DNA of 64,000 nucleotides, taken from assembly GCA_964542585.1 (NCBI GenBank), contig CAZIUI010000001.1:185562-249561 (forward strand). Direction: 5' to 3'. The stretch comes from an uncultured Sphingobacteriales bacterium. GTDB taxonomy: Bacteria; Bacteroidota; Bacteroidia; CAILMK01; CAYYUA01. The translations under genes were made by a program, and so were the position numbers. The notes beneath the pieces are model-generated. The model saw nothing but the letters and a program-made list of their open reading frames with translations. It had not been told where the DNA came from and did not search any database. Positions within the stretch are counted from its first letter, which is position 1, and each line of letters begins with the position of its first letter. Shown here in pieces: positions 49,995 to 59,988 of this stretch.

Positions 49995-51026
49995 TTAGGC
50001 TGTTTGCTGGGTTACCGCTTCCACCCAACCTTCGTTACGCATATACCAATCAATCGTGTATTTTAAGCCATCCTCAAAACCTATCAATGGTTGCCATCCG
50101 AGCTCCTCTCGGATTTTTGTCGGATCCATGGCATAGCGGTAATCGTGGCCAGCGCGATCCGTCACAAAACTGATTAGCTCTGCAGCTTTTCCTGAAGGTT
50201 GCTCTAGTTTTTCATCCATCAATTCACAGAGTTTATGGACCAATTCAAGGTTTGTCCATTCATTGTGCCCTCCTATTAAATAGGTGTCTCCAACCCTTCC
50301 GCGATGAAAAATTTCATCTATGGCCCTGACATGATCCCCCACATAAAGCCAATCCCGAATATTCTCACCTTTGCCATAAACGGGTAAGGGTTCACGATTC
50401 CGGACTTTATGGATCATCACCGGTAAAAGCTTCTCAGGAAATTGATAAGGCCCGTAATTGTTAGAACAATTGGAGATTTTAACAGGTAAGCCGTAAGTAT
50501 GATAATAGGCTGATAACAAGTGATCAGCAGAGGCTTTAGAAGCTGCATACGGTGAGCGAGGGTTGTAAGAAGAATCCTCTCTGAAATATCCCTCTTTGCC
50601 TAAAGTTCCAAAAACCTCATCCGTGGATACCTGGAAAAATAAATGCTTTTCTGGTTTATCAAGATCCCAATTTTGGAGTGCAGCATCCAGAAGAGTGGCA
50701 GTTCCTATTACATTGGTTCTTATAAAATCCGAAGGATCAGCTATGGAACGATCTACGTGAGATTCAGCTGCAAGATTTATGACAGCATCCACATTATAAT
50801 CCCTAAAAAGACCAAAAACCGCATTACGGTCAGTTATATCCACCTTTTCAAATGCTTGCGGCGCATCGGGATTAAGCCTGGTCAGGTTTTCCATGTGCCC
50901 GGCATAGGTAAGCTTATCAACACAAAGTAAACGCGTTTGGGGATACTGAAAACTCCAGTGACGCACCACATGAGAGCCAATAAAACCGGCTGCTCCGGTT
51001 ATCATCAAGGTCAGAGGCTTTTCCAT
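49995..51026 (-). CDS. rfbB: dTDP-glucose 4,6-dehydratase
   Basis: [47 protein letters not shown]. Confidence 0.96.
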   Translation of the reverse strand: MEKPLTLMITGAAGFIGSHVVRHWSFQYPQTRLLCVDKLTYAGHMENLTRLNPDAPQAFEKVDITDRNAVFGLFRDYNVDAVINLAAESHVDRSIADPSDFIRTNVIGTATLLDAALQNWDLDKPEKHLFFQVSTDEVFGTLGKEGYFREDSSYNPRSPYAASKASADHLLSAYYHTYGLPVKISNCSNNYGPYQFPEKLLPVMIHKVRNREPLPVYGKGENIRDWLYVGDHVRAIDEIFHRGRVGDTYLIGGHNEWTNLELVHKLCELMDEKLEQPSGKAAELISFVTDRAGHDYRYAMDPTKIREELGWQPLIGFEDGLKYTIDWYMRNEGWVEAVTQQTA

Positions 51027-51032
51027 AACAAC

Positions 51033-52082
51033 CTATTCAATTGATGAGTGGATTTTGCTACCTTGTAAATGCTGTTCCCACTGCCATGCCGTAGCCATCA
51101 TGTTATGCAAGCTTCGTTCAGCTGCCCAGCGTAGCACCTTATTGGCTTTGCTTGCATCGGCATAAACTTTAGACACATCTCCAGGCCTACGTTTTCCAAT
51201 TTGATAGGGGATCGAAATGCCGGTTGCCGCTTCGAAGGCATGAATCGCTTCCAGAACCGTATACCCCTCCCCTGTTCCAATATTGAAATACTCGTAGGAA
51301 TGGGAACCAGGATTTTGAAGAAGCCTATCCAAAGCTTTTACATGGGCTTTGGCAACGTCCATTACATGAATGTAATCCCGAATACAAGTACCATCTCTTG
51401 TGGGGTAATCGTTTCCAAAAACCGTTAAAGCTGACCGGTAACCCATAGCCGTTTGGGTGATGTAAGGTACCAGGTTCTCCGGCGTACCAATAGGCCATTC
51501 ACCAATCAGCCCGGAGTAATGGGCCCCTATGGGATTGAAATAGCGAAGGGAAAGCCCTTGAAGATTATGGGCTTCACAAGCATCGGCCAACATATCCTCC
51601 CCTACATGCTTGGTATTACCATATGGAGATTCCGCTTTTTTTACTGGAGCTTCCTCGCTCACGGGGATTTGATCAGGCTCACCGTAAACGGTACAAGAGG
51701 ACGAAAAAACCATAGCATTACATTGATGAGCTTGCATGGCTTTTAAGAGGTTGATGGTCGAGCCCAGATTATTCTCGTAGTAATCCAGGGGGTTGGTAAC
51801 CGATTCCCCTACCGATTTAAGCGCTGCAAAATGAATAACTCCTTCCAGATCAGGATTATCCCGGAAAAACTGAAACAAAGCCTGCTGATTGCAAAGATCA
51901 AAAGCATGGAAAGCAGGTATTATGCCTGTAATTTTAGCAATTCGATCTTCCATCTCAGCATAAGAACGGCATAAGTTATCGATAATAGTAACCTTGTAGC
52001 CCGCTTGCTGTAATTCCACTACCGTGTGAGCTCCTATGTAACCGGTGCCTCCAGTAACAAGGATGTGAGGGGCTCTATTCAT
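51033..52082 (-). CDS. galE: UDP-glucose 4-epimerase
   Basis: TGGTGYIGAH, HFAALKSVGES, SSSCTVYG, YGNTK, LRYFNPIGAH, DGTCIRDYIHV. Confidence 0.94.
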   Translation of the reverse strand: MNRAPHILVTGGTGYIGAHTVVELQQAGYKVTIIDNLCRSYAEMEDRIAKITGIIPAFHAFDLCNQQALFQFFRDNPDLEGVIHFAALKSVGESVTNPLDYYENNLGSTINLLKAMQAHQCNAMVFSSSCTVYGEPDQIPVSEEAPVKKAESPYGNTKHVGEDMLADACEAHNLQGLSLRYFNPIGAHYSGLIGEWPIGTPENLVPYITQTAMGYRSALTVFGNDYPTRDGTCIRDYIHVMDVAKAHVKALDRLLQNPGSHSYEYFNIGTGEGYTVLEAIHAFEAATGISIPYQIGKRRPGDVSKVYADASKANKVLRWAAERSLHNMMATAWQWEQHLQGSKIHSSIE

Positions 52083-52660
52083 TCCGTAAGGGGTTTAATT
52101 CCACTATTGCTATACTGATAAACCTGGCCGGATTCCGGGCAAGTAGCAAGGTTTTGATCATCAAACCTTAAGCGACCCCCATGAGCACTCATCCAGCCTA
52201 AATGCCGGGATGGATTTCCTAATACCAATCCATAGTCCGGCACATCCCGGGTAACAACTGCGCCAGCTCCTACAAATGCATAAGCTCCTAAAGTAACCCC
52301 ACAAATAATCGTTGCATTAGCACCGATGGTGGCCCCTTTTTTAACATGGGTGTAGCTTAATTCATCCTGACGGTTTACTGCGCTTCTCGGGTTCCGGACA
52401 TTGGTAAAAACGGCAGATGGCCCAAGGAACACATCATCTTCAAGCGTCACGCCTGTATAAACCGAAACGTTGTTTTGCACCTTGACGTTAGAACCTAGCT
52501 TAACATCTTGTCCGATGTAAACATTTTGTCCCAGGTTACATTTTGCTCCCAACCTGGCGCCTGTCATGACATGAGAAAAATGCCACACACGGCTTCCAGA
52601 ACCAATAAGAGCTCCGTCATCCACAACTGCGGTTTCATGCACGAAGGAATCCTGCTCCAT
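52079..52660 (-). CDS. WbpD/WlbB-like hexapeptide N-acetyltransferase
   Basis: VWHFSHV, VKVQNNVSVYTGV, VFTNVRNPRS, IGANATIICG, GNP. Confidence 0.9.
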   Translation of the reverse strand: MEQDSFVHETAVVDDGALIGSGSRVWHFSHVMTGARLGAKCNLGQNVYIGQDVKLGSNVKVQNNVSVYTGVTLEDDVFLGPSAVFTNVRNPRSAVNRQDELSYTHVKKGATIGANATIICGVTLGAYAFVGAGAVVTRDVPDYGLVLGNPSRHLGWMSAHGGRLRFDDQNLATCPESGQVYQYSNSGIKPLTE

Positions 52661-52663
52661 AGG

Positions 52664-53653
52664 TTAAGCCTTGGCCGTTTCTGAGGCCTTACTATCAAGG
52701 TCCAGAAAATAATCCAGAGTCACTTTCAGCCCGTCTTCTCTTGATTTGACGGGCTCCCAGCCCAGCAACTCCCTGGCTTTACTGATATCTGGCTGTCGTT
52801 GTTTGGGATCGTTAACAGGTAGTGGCCGGTAATCAATTTCGGATTGACTATTAGTAAGGCTGATCACTTCTTCCGCAAATGCTTGAATGGTCGTTTCATT
52901 GGGGTTGCCCAGGTTCACAGGCTGGTGGTAATCAGCAAAAAGAAGCCGGTAAATTCCTTCTATGAGGTCGTCAATATAGCAGAAGGATCGGGTTTGGCTA
53001 CCGTCTCCGTATACGGTCAAAGATTCTCCTCTCAAAGCTTGACCTATAAAAGTGGGGAGAGCGCGACCATCCTCAAGGCGCATCTTTGGACCGTAGGTAT
53101 TAAAAATTCTGACAATGCGTGTATCCAAGTTGTGATAAGTATGATACCCCATTGTGAGCGCCTCTTGAAAACGCTTGGCCTCATCATAAACACCCCTGGG
53201 CCCGATGGGATTGACGTTCCCCCAGTATTCCTCATGCTGAGGGTGAATTTGCGGATCACCATAAACCTCAGAAGTAGAGGCCACTAATATGCGGGCATCC
53301 TTTTTCTTGGCTAATCCTAATAAATTATGAGTACCCAGGGAGCCTACCTTCATGGTTTGAATGGGCATCTTTAGGTAGTCAACCGGGCTGGCTGGGGATG
53401 CAAAATGAAGAATATAATCCAGGTGGCCTGAAACATGAACAAAGGTTGTAATGTCATGATGATAAAATTCAAAATCCGAGCGGTGGAATAAGTGCTCAAT
53501 GTTGGAAAGATCTCCTGTAAGAAGGTTATCCATGCCAATTACATAGCACCCTTCAGCTAAAAATCGATCGCATAAGTGAGACCCAATAAATCCAGCGGCT
53601 CCGGTAATCAGAACGCGTTTCTTGTCCTGTCCTTTATAAGTAAATCTGCCCAT
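52664..53653 (-). CDS. UDP-glucuronate decarboxylase (UDP-xylose synthase) family SDR
   Basis: [59 protein letters not shown]. Confidence 0.9.
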   Translation of the reverse strand: MGRFTYKGQDKKRVLITGAAGFIGSHLCDRFLAEGCYVIGMDNLLTGDLSNIEHLFHRSDFEFYHHDITTFVHVSGHLDYILHFASPASPVDYLKMPIQTMKVGSLGTHNLLGLAKKKDARILVASTSEVYGDPQIHPQHEEYWGNVNPIGPRGVYDEAKRFQEALTMGYHTYHNLDTRIVRIFNTYGPKMRLEDGRALPTFIGQALRGESLTVYGDGSQTRSFCYIDDLIEGIYRLLFADYHQPVNLGNPNETTIQAFAEEVISLTNSQSEIDYRPLPVNDPKQRQPDISKARELLGWEPVKSREDGLKVTLDYFLDLDSKASETAKA

Positions 53654-53657
53654 TCTT

Positions 53658-54989
53658 CTATACCATGTTTTTGGATTCGAGATTTTTGGCGCTACGCCCT
53701 ACAGACCGGTAATAAAAGCCGTACTGCTCAACACTTTCCGTATTATAAATATTTCTACCATCCAGCATAAGAGGTTCTCGCATCATTTTATGAATATGAT
53801 CAAAATCCGGGTTTCTGAACACCGGCCATTCTGTTACCAAAAGCAAAGCATCAGCCTGGGAAAGGATGTCATACGGATTTTGTCCATAAGTGATCATATC
53901 TCCATGTAGCTGGTAAACATTATTCATAGCTTCAGGATCATAGGCCTTAACATGAGCACCCAGCTTCAGAAGTTCTTCAATGATGTAAAGGGCGGGTGCC
54001 TCCCGGATATCATCCGTATCCGGTTTGAAAGCTAAGCCCCAAATAGCGATATTTTTACCAGTAAGGTCATGGTTGTAGTGCTCCAGTAACTTAGGGATTA
54101 AGGTCGTTTTTTGTTTTTCGTTGATATTCATCACAGCATTCAGTATTTGAAAATCATAATTGTAATCATCTGCTGTTTTCTGCAACGCTTGAACATCTTT
54201 GGGGAAGCAGCTTCCACCAAAGCCAATACCCGGGAAAAGGAACCGCTTACCGATACGCTCATCTGTACCCAGCCCTTTTCGGATGGCATCCACATTAGCA
54301 CCAACCTGCTCGCACAGGTTAGCAATTTCATTCATGAACGTGATTTTGGTAGCCAGGAAGGCATTTGCTGCATACTTGGTCATTTCAGCCGATCGCTCAT
54401 CCATAAAAATAATCGGATTGCCTTGCCTGATAAAAGGTTGGTAAAGCGAATCCATAAGTTCACGAGCCCTTTGAGATGAGGCCCCAATTACCACCCTATC
54501 AGGCTTCATGAAATCGTCAACAGCGTGACCTTCTCGAAGAAATTCCGGATTAGAGATGACATCAAAATCGGCTTGCGTATTGGCGCTGATAGTCTCCCTT
54601 ACTTTATCAGCGGTACCCACCGGTACGGTACTTTTATCTACGACCACTGTATAACCTTCTAACAATGGTCCTAAATCATGACCTACTTGTAGTACATAGC
54701 GCAGATCGGCTGCACCATCATCACCGGGTGGGGTTGGTAAGGCTAAAAATATAACTTGCGCCCCTTTAATCCCCTCAGAGATATCAGTTGTGAACTGCAA
54801 CCGCTTTTGTTCAATATTCCGCTCAAAAAGCGTTTCCAGGCCTGGTTCATAAATGGGAATATGGCCATTTTGCATTTGTTGGACCTTCACTTCATCAATA
54901 TCCACACACGTAACATCGTTGCCCGTTTCAGCAAAGCAAGTACCAGTTACAAGACCAACATAACCAGTTCCGATAACTGCAATTTTCAT
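53658..54989 (-). CDS. ugd: UDP-glucose 6-dehydrogenase
   Basis: [48 protein letters not shown]. Confidence 0.94.
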   Translation of the reverse strand: MKIAVIGTGYVGLVTGTCFAETGNDVTCVDIDEVKVQQMQNGHIPIYEPGLETLFERNIEQKRLQFTTDISEGIKGAQVIFLALPTPPGDDGAADLRYVLQVGHDLGPLLEGYTVVVDKSTVPVGTADKVRETISANTQADFDVISNPEFLREGHAVDDFMKPDRVVIGASSQRARELMDSLYQPFIRQGNPIIFMDERSAEMTKYAANAFLATKITFMNEIANLCEQVGANVDAIRKGLGTDERIGKRFLFPGIGFGGSCFPKDVQALQKTADDYNYDFQILNAVMNINEKQKTTLIPKLLEHYNHDLTGKNIAIWGLAFKPDTDDIREAPALYIIEELLKLGAHVKAYDPEAMNNVYQLHGDMITYGQNPYDILSQADALLLVTEWPVFRNPDFDHIHKMMREPLMLDGRNIYNTESVEQYGFYYRSVGRSAKNLESKNMV

Positions 54990-55011
54990 GAGGAGAGTTT
55001 TTTAAAAAGCT

Positions 55012-56169
55012 TTAATAAATTGAGTTTTCTTTAGCAGTATCAAATTTTGTTGTCCAGGCCTTTATTGCCTCTATTATATAATGAATATCTCCTTGGCTTA
55101 ATTCTGTATGCATGGGCAAAGATAGGACTTGTTTACTTATGTTCAGTGAATTTGATAGGGATTCTTGATCAGGTTTACCATCCTGATATACAGCATGCTC
55201 GTGTAATCCGGTAGGATAAAATACCTTGGCAGGGATTTCTTTGTCTCCTAGATAGCTTTTCAGACTTTCTCTTTCTCCTGCCCTTACTTTCACCGTGTAT
55301 TGTTGATAAACATGCGTTGACCAGGCCACCTTTTCAGGAGGTTGAATACCGGGCAATTCTTGCAATACAGCATCATAAGCTTGAGCAACCTGCTGTCGTT
55401 CTAGGTTAAATTTGTCAAGATTAGCGAGTTTAACCCTGAGAATAGCAGCTTGGATAGTATCCAGCCTCGAATTAAGGCCAACATGATAATAATGATATTG
55501 AGTACTCATGCCGTGCTGCCGTAATACCTTAGCCTGGTAAGCCAGCGATTCATCAGATGTAAACAAAGCACCACCATCTCCCATGCATCCTAAATTTTTG
55601 GTGGGAAAAAATGATGTAGCACCCAAGGTACCCATCGTTCCAGCGGGCCGCCACTCACCTTTACAGTAGCAATGGGCCCCCAATGCCTGGGCAACATCCT
55701 CTATCACGTACAGGTTGTAGGTATCGGCAAGCTCCAGAACATCTTCCATTGGCGCGCACTGCCCAAATAAATGAACGGGCATAATGGCCCTGGTACTAGC
55801 AGTAATAGCCCTTTTAGCGGCTTCTGGATCTATCAGAAAAGTGTGGGGGTCCACCTCTACCAGCTTAGGTTGTAAACCTAGTTGTTTTGCTACTTCTGCA
55901 GTGGATACAAAGGTGAAGTCGGGAACGATCACCTCACTTCCTTTAGGAAGTTCCAGGGTCATTAAAGCCAATTGCAGGGCATCAGTCCCATTTGCACACC
56001 CAACAACATGAGGCTCACGCAAGTACTCAGCTAATTCTTGTTCAAAGGCTTGAACTTCCGGACCGTTAATAAATAAACCGCTGTCCATAACGGACTTTAC
56101 AGCTTCATCCAACTCCGGCCTAATACGAGCATGTTGGTTATTAAGATCAACCAGCTTGATACCACTCAT
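55012..56169 (-). CDS. DegT/DnrJ/EryC1/StrS aminotransferase (WbpE/GnnB-like)
   Basis: ANGTDAL, PVHLFGQ, EDVAQA, SFFPTKNLG (PLP Lys), NSRLDTIQAA, LSLPMH. Confidence 0.92.
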   Translation of the reverse strand: MSGIKLVDLNNQHARIRPELDEAVKSVMDSGLFINGPEVQAFEQELAEYLREPHVVGCANGTDALQLALMTLELPKGSEVIVPDFTFVSTAEVAKQLGLQPKLVEVDPHTFLIDPEAAKRAITASTRAIMPVHLFGQCAPMEDVLELADTYNLYVIEDVAQALGAHCYCKGEWRPAGTMGTLGATSFFPTKNLGCMGDGGALFTSDESLAYQAKVLRQHGMSTQYHYYHVGLNSRLDTIQAAILRVKLANLDKFNLERQQVAQAYDAVLQELPGIQPPEKVAWSTHVYQQYTVKVRAGERESLKSYLGDKEIPAKVFYPTGLHEHAVYQDGKPDQESLSNSLNISKQVLSLPMHTELSQGDIHYIIEAIKAWTTKFDTAKENSIY

Positions 56170-56271
56170 GGAATACTTTCGTTTGCCTCTTACAAAAAGT
56201 CAGGTAAATGATCGGTTTAAATTTCAAGTTTACTTTTTACTCATTTAAAGACCCGTCAGAATTCGACTTTA

Positions 56272-56279
56272 CAAAAATA
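56272..56279 (-). promoter_or_regulatory. -7 promoter element (TATTTTTG) for the nucleotide-sugar operon
   Basis: TAnnTTTG on the minus strand about 100 nt before the aminotransferase start. Confidence 0.45.
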
Positions 56280-56369
56280 ACATGATTCGGGTTATTTCGA
56301 TCTTTTTTGATCAAAATTTCCCTTGCCTATGGCCCACCAGAAGTTAACCATTTGCAGCTATTTGGCTTT

Positions 56370-56377
56370 TATATTTG
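56370..56377 (+). promoter_or_regulatory. -7 promoter element (TATATTTG) for pruA
   Basis: TAnnTTTG 33 nt before ATG 56411. Confidence 0.55.
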
Positions 56378-56410
56378 TAGCTCTTAAAGACTAAAAAAAC
56401 CTTGAATACT

Positions 56411-58042
56411 ATGGCTGATGGATTGTTCAAAGTAGAGCCACCCCGCAATGAACCATTTTATGCGTATGAGCCCGGTTCACCTGAAAGAGCAGAGCTAAAG
56501 CAAGAACTTCATAAATGCTATGAAGAGGTTCGTGAGATTCCTATGATCATCAATGGCAAAGCCGTTACTACCAATGATCGCCGGGCGTATCGTCCACCTC
56601 ATCGCTTGAATCAAACTGTGGCCCACTATTACTACGGCGGCTCACAGGAAGTTCAGCAGGCAATTGATGCGGCTTTATCGGCTAAGCAAGCCTGGCGGAA
56701 CACTTCCTGGGAGCACAGAGCTTCCATATTCCTAAAAGCGGCTGATTTGCTTCAAGGGCCTTACCGTCAAAAAATGAATGCCGCTACGATGGTCGGCCAA
56801 TCCAAAAATGCTCATCAGTCCGAAATTGAAGCAGTAGCTGAATTCATTGACTTCCTGAAGTTTAATGCCTATAATGCCCAAATGATCTATGAGGGGCAAC
56901 CTCAAAACGGGAAGTACATGTGGAACCGTAGTGACTACCGGCCATTAGAAGGCTTTGTTTATGCGGTAACCCCGTTCAACTTTACTTCCATCAGCGGTAA
57001 CCTTGGTGCAGCACCAGCAATGATGGGAAATACCGTAGTTTGGAAACCATCTGATAAGCAGATCTATTCCGCCCAGGTAATCATGGAGGTTTTTCATAAA
57101 GCCGGCCTGCCGGATGGTGTGATCAATATGGTATTTGCCGATCCTGATGAGACAACCAATACCGTTATGGAAAACCCCGATTTTGCGGGTCTTCACTTTA
57201 CCGGATCAAATGGAGTGCTGAAGGATCTTTGGAAACGCAGTGGCCAAAACATTGATAAATACAGAAGCTTCCCTCGTGTAGTAGGGGAATCCGGAGGGAA
57301 GGATTTCGTGGTAATGCATGAGTCAGCTGACCCTAAAGAAGTCGCTACCAGTCTTATTAGGGGAGCTTTTGAGTACCAAGGCCAAAAATGCTCTGCGGCA
57401 TCCCGGGCTTATGTTCCGTCTAACCGGTGGGAGGAAGTTCGTGAGCACATGAAAATAGATCTGGATACCATCAAAATGGGAGATGTGGAGGACTTTACCA
57501 ATTTTGTGAATGCTGTTATTGATCAGAATGCTTTTGAAAAGCATAAGAAAGCCATTGAAGATGCTAAAGCAGACTCAAGGGCTGAAGTGATCTTTGGGGG
57601 TAATTGCGATAACTCAGTCGGTTATTTTGTAGAACCCACCTTAATCCTGACTACCGACCCCCACTACGATACCATGGAGCGAGAACTGTTTGGTCCTATT
57701 TTGACTATTTACGTTTATGATGAAGAAAAATTCGAGGAAACCCTCGAACTCGTGGATCAAACATCGCCCTATGCCCTTACAGGTGCAATTTTGTCACGGG
57801 AGCGTGCTCCATTGGAACTTGCTGCAAGAAAACTAGAAGATGCAGCGGGGAACTTTTATCTCAATGATAAACCTACTGGATCGGTGGTTGGACAGCAATC
57901 CTTTGGCGGCGCTCGGATGTCGGGGACCAATGATAAGGCGGGATCCTACCTGAATTTGATACGCTGGACCTCTATGCGCTCTTTGAAAGAGAACTTCGTT
58001 ACCCCTACAGATTACCGCTACCCTTTCATGAACGAAAAATAA
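56411..58042 (+). CDS. pruA: L-glutamate gamma-semialdehyde (P5C) dehydrogenase
   Basis: NEP..Y.PGSPER, RPLEGFVYAVTPFNFT, HFTGS, GESGGK, FEYQGQKCSA (catalytic Cys), SGTNDKAG; start set to ATG 56411. Confidence 0.95.
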   Translation: MADGLFKVEPPRNEPFYAYEPGSPERAELKQELHKCYEEVREIPMIINGKAVTTNDRRAYRPPHRLNQTVAHYYYGGSQEVQQAIDAALSAKQAWRNTSWEHRASIFLKAADLLQGPYRQKMNAATMVGQSKNAHQSEIEAVAEFIDFLKFNAYNAQMIYEGQPQNGKYMWNRSDYRPLEGFVYAVTPFNFTSISGNLGAAPAMMGNTVVWKPSDKQIYSAQVIMEVFHKAGLPDGVINMVFADPDETTNTVMENPDFAGLHFTGSNGVLKDLWKRSGQNIDKYRSFPRVVGESGGKDFVVMHESADPKEVATSLIRGAFEYQGQKCSAASRAYVPSNRWEEVREHMKIDLDTIKMGDVEDFTNFVNAVIDQNAFEKHKKAIEDAKADSRAEVIFGGNCDNSVGYFVEPTLILTTDPHYDTMERELFGPILTIYVYDEEKFEETLELVDQTSPYALTGAILSRERAPLELAARKLEDAAGNFYLNDKPTGSVVGQQSFGGARMSGTNDKAGSYLNLIRWTSMRSLKENFVTPTDYRYPFMNEK

Positions 58043-58076
58043 GGTAAGGAATAACCTTAGGTCCAGGAAAAATTTC

Positions 58077-58120
58077 AAGGCCCTTTAAGGAATAGTGTTA
58101 AATAAAACTTAGAGGGCCTT
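58077..58120. terminator. Hairpin between convergent pruA and sigma factor genes
   Basis: AAGGCCCTTTAAG (58077-58089) pairs with CTTAGAGGGCCTT (58108-58120) with one non-Watson-Crick position. Confidence 0.6.
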
Positions 58121-58125
58121 AAGCT

Positions 58126-58986
58126 TTACAGATATTGCTGCAATTTTTGACAATCACGGGTTTTTTGAAGGCGTCTTAGCGCGCGATCTCTTAATTGCCG
58201 AACCCTTTCGCGGGTTAGTTGAAGCTTTTGGCCAATTTCATCCAAGGATAGGCGCTTGTAACCGTTTAAACCATAATAGAGCCCCAATATTGCTTGCTCC
58301 TTGGGCTTTAAGTGCTCTAGTAAGGTTTTCATCTCTTTTTGAAGGGATTCAATTATGAGGTCGCTGTCCGGAGATGGCTCCTGATCGTCCGGCATTACAT
58401 TCAGCAGGTTGCCCTCCTCATCATCAGTCAAAGGGGCCTCCAGGGATAAAGTTTGTCCTGCACCTTTTAAGGTCGTATCGATGTTCTCAGTGGGAACTTC
58501 CAGTTCTTTGGCTATTTCTTCGTTAACAGGCGACCTTTCTTTTTGCTGCTCAAGTGTGGCGGAGACGTGATTGATCTGGGTAAGGGTTGTGATCCGGTTT
58601 AAGGGCATACGAACCAATCGGCCATGCTCGGCTGTTGCTTGCATGATTGATTGTCTGATCCACCAAACTGCGTAGGATATAAACTTGAAACCTCTTGTTT
58701 CGTCAAATCGCATAGCGGCTTTTATCAAACCAATATTGCCTTCATTGATAAGATCCCCTAAAGCTAAACCGCGATTCTGATATTGTTTCGCTACGGATAT
58801 GACGAAGCGAAGGTTGGCACGTACCAACCGATCCAATGCCTCCATATCACCCTCCTTGATCCGCTGGCTTAATTTTACCTCTTCACCGGGATCTACCATT
58901 GGGATGTTACTGACATCCGTTAGATACTGATCTACAGCTTTGGATTCCCTGTTTGTAAACTGTTGAGTAATACGCAGTTGCCTCAT
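58126..58986 (-). CDS. RpoD/SigA-family sigma70 factor without region 1.1 (divergent, possibly a paralogue)
   Basis: MRQLRIT start, ANLRFVISVAKQYQN, DLINEGNIGLIKAA, FKFISYAVWWIRQ, LTRERVRQ. An in-frame upstream ATG lies at 59004. Confidence 0.93.
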   Translation of the reverse strand: MRQLRITQQFTNRESKAVDQYLTDVSNIPMVDPGEEVKLSQRIKEGDMEALDRLVRANLRFVISVAKQYQNRGLALGDLINEGNIGLIKAAMRFDETRGFKFISYAVWWIRQSIMQATAEHGRLVRMPLNRITTLTQINHVSATLEQQKERSPVNEEIAKELEVPTENIDTTLKGAGQTLSLEAPLTDDEEGNLLNVMPDDQEPSPDSDLIIESLQKEMKTLLEHLKPKEQAILGLYYGLNGYKRLSLDEIGQKLQLTRERVRQLRDRALRRLQKTRDCQKLQQYL

Positions 58987-59161
58987 AGGAGTGTCGTTTA
59001 TCATTTACCCAATGCATACCCCCACCAATAATGCATCTACTTTTACTAAAAATCTTTCCTTTGATTGTTGGGTAAATCAGTTTATTTAAGATTCCAATAT
59101 AATACTTCTAACAGACAAAAAAAAAGTATAAGATATTTCACTAGAAAACCTTCATCAAAGG

Positions 59162-59185
59162 CAACCTGAAATAGCAACCAGGTTG
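59162..59185 (-). terminator. Short hairpin directly after the YkuK-like stop codon
   Basis: CAACCTG...CAGGTTG 7-bp inverted repeat; weak U tract. Confidence 0.4.
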
Positions 59186-59186
59186 A

Positions 59187-59660
59187 TTAATTATTCACAA
59201 TCTTATCAGCGCAATAAGAGCTGGCAAAAGCCTCTGGTTTAGCTTTGAAAACAAATCCCATACTGAGGATATAGCCCATAGCCTCGCTTAAAGCTGAGTT
59301 TGATTTAAAGTAAGGATTCGTATTGATATCCGCATGAACCTCAAGGTCCACATTGTAGGCATCCAATAGATCACAAAGGTTATAGGCAGTCTCAATGGAT
59401 TTACTTACTTCAGAAAGCATGCGCTCTTTAACGGAGAAAGGATGTTGAGACCGCTCAGTATGAATAAACATAAAGCCGCCCCTCTGCTCTCTGAGAAAAA
59501 CAATAACCGTAGCAAACTCGGTAGCATTGCTGTGCTCAAGGGAATCAGTTCCAATACATACCTTTAGCTTATGACCCGCGTTGGTTTCTTTTTGAATCGT
59601 TTCTTCCACTTCCTCGCTGATGGATCTGGTAATTTGCTCGCCATTGAATTTTTTCCACAT
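59187..59660 (-). CDS. Ribonuclease H-like YkuK (DUF458) family protein
   Basis: VCIGTDS, ERMLSEVSKSIE, EVHADIN, KPEAFASSYCAD. Confidence 0.88.
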   Translation of the reverse strand: MWKKFNGEQITRSISEEVEETIQKETNAGHKLKVCIGTDSLEHSNATEFATVIVFLREQRGGFMFIHTERSQHPFSVKERMLSEVSKSIETAYNLCDLLDAYNVDLEVHADINTNPYFKSNSALSEAMGYILSMGFVFKAKPEAFASSYCADKIVNN

Positions 59661-59937
59661 AGCATTTCAGTTTAGTATGAAACGCCCGCGGGATCAAACA
59701 GCTTTGTGGGCAGCTAGTCCTTGCAAATTTTAGCTAACATCAGTTTCAAAGTAGCTTGATAGCAGACGCTCAAGGGTTTTTTAACTGTTTTAGTAAAATA
59801 AAACAACCAATCCATATTTGTTCGGCAATATAAATTAAAGTACAGAGGTGACTAGAAAAGGCTTATAAAGTTTTTGTAAACCCTATATAGCATGGATTTT
59901 CAGCCAAACGGGCGGCATTGAACCATTGGGTTTTACC

Positions 59938-59945
59938 TACCTTTG
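59938..59945 (+). promoter_or_regulatory. -7 promoter element (TACCTTTG)
   Basis: TAnnTTTG upstream of the DedA/VTT-like gene. Confidence 0.5.
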
Positions 59946-59988
59946 TTGCTTTTCATGGCGGACTTAGGAATTACTCAAAATTGGCCAA

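Noticed and set aside
59117-59125. A9 tract upstream of the sigma gene as a phase-variation switch
   Set aside because: It does not sit in a recognisable -33/-7 spacer, and one homopolymer in AT-rich intergenic DNA is expected by chance.
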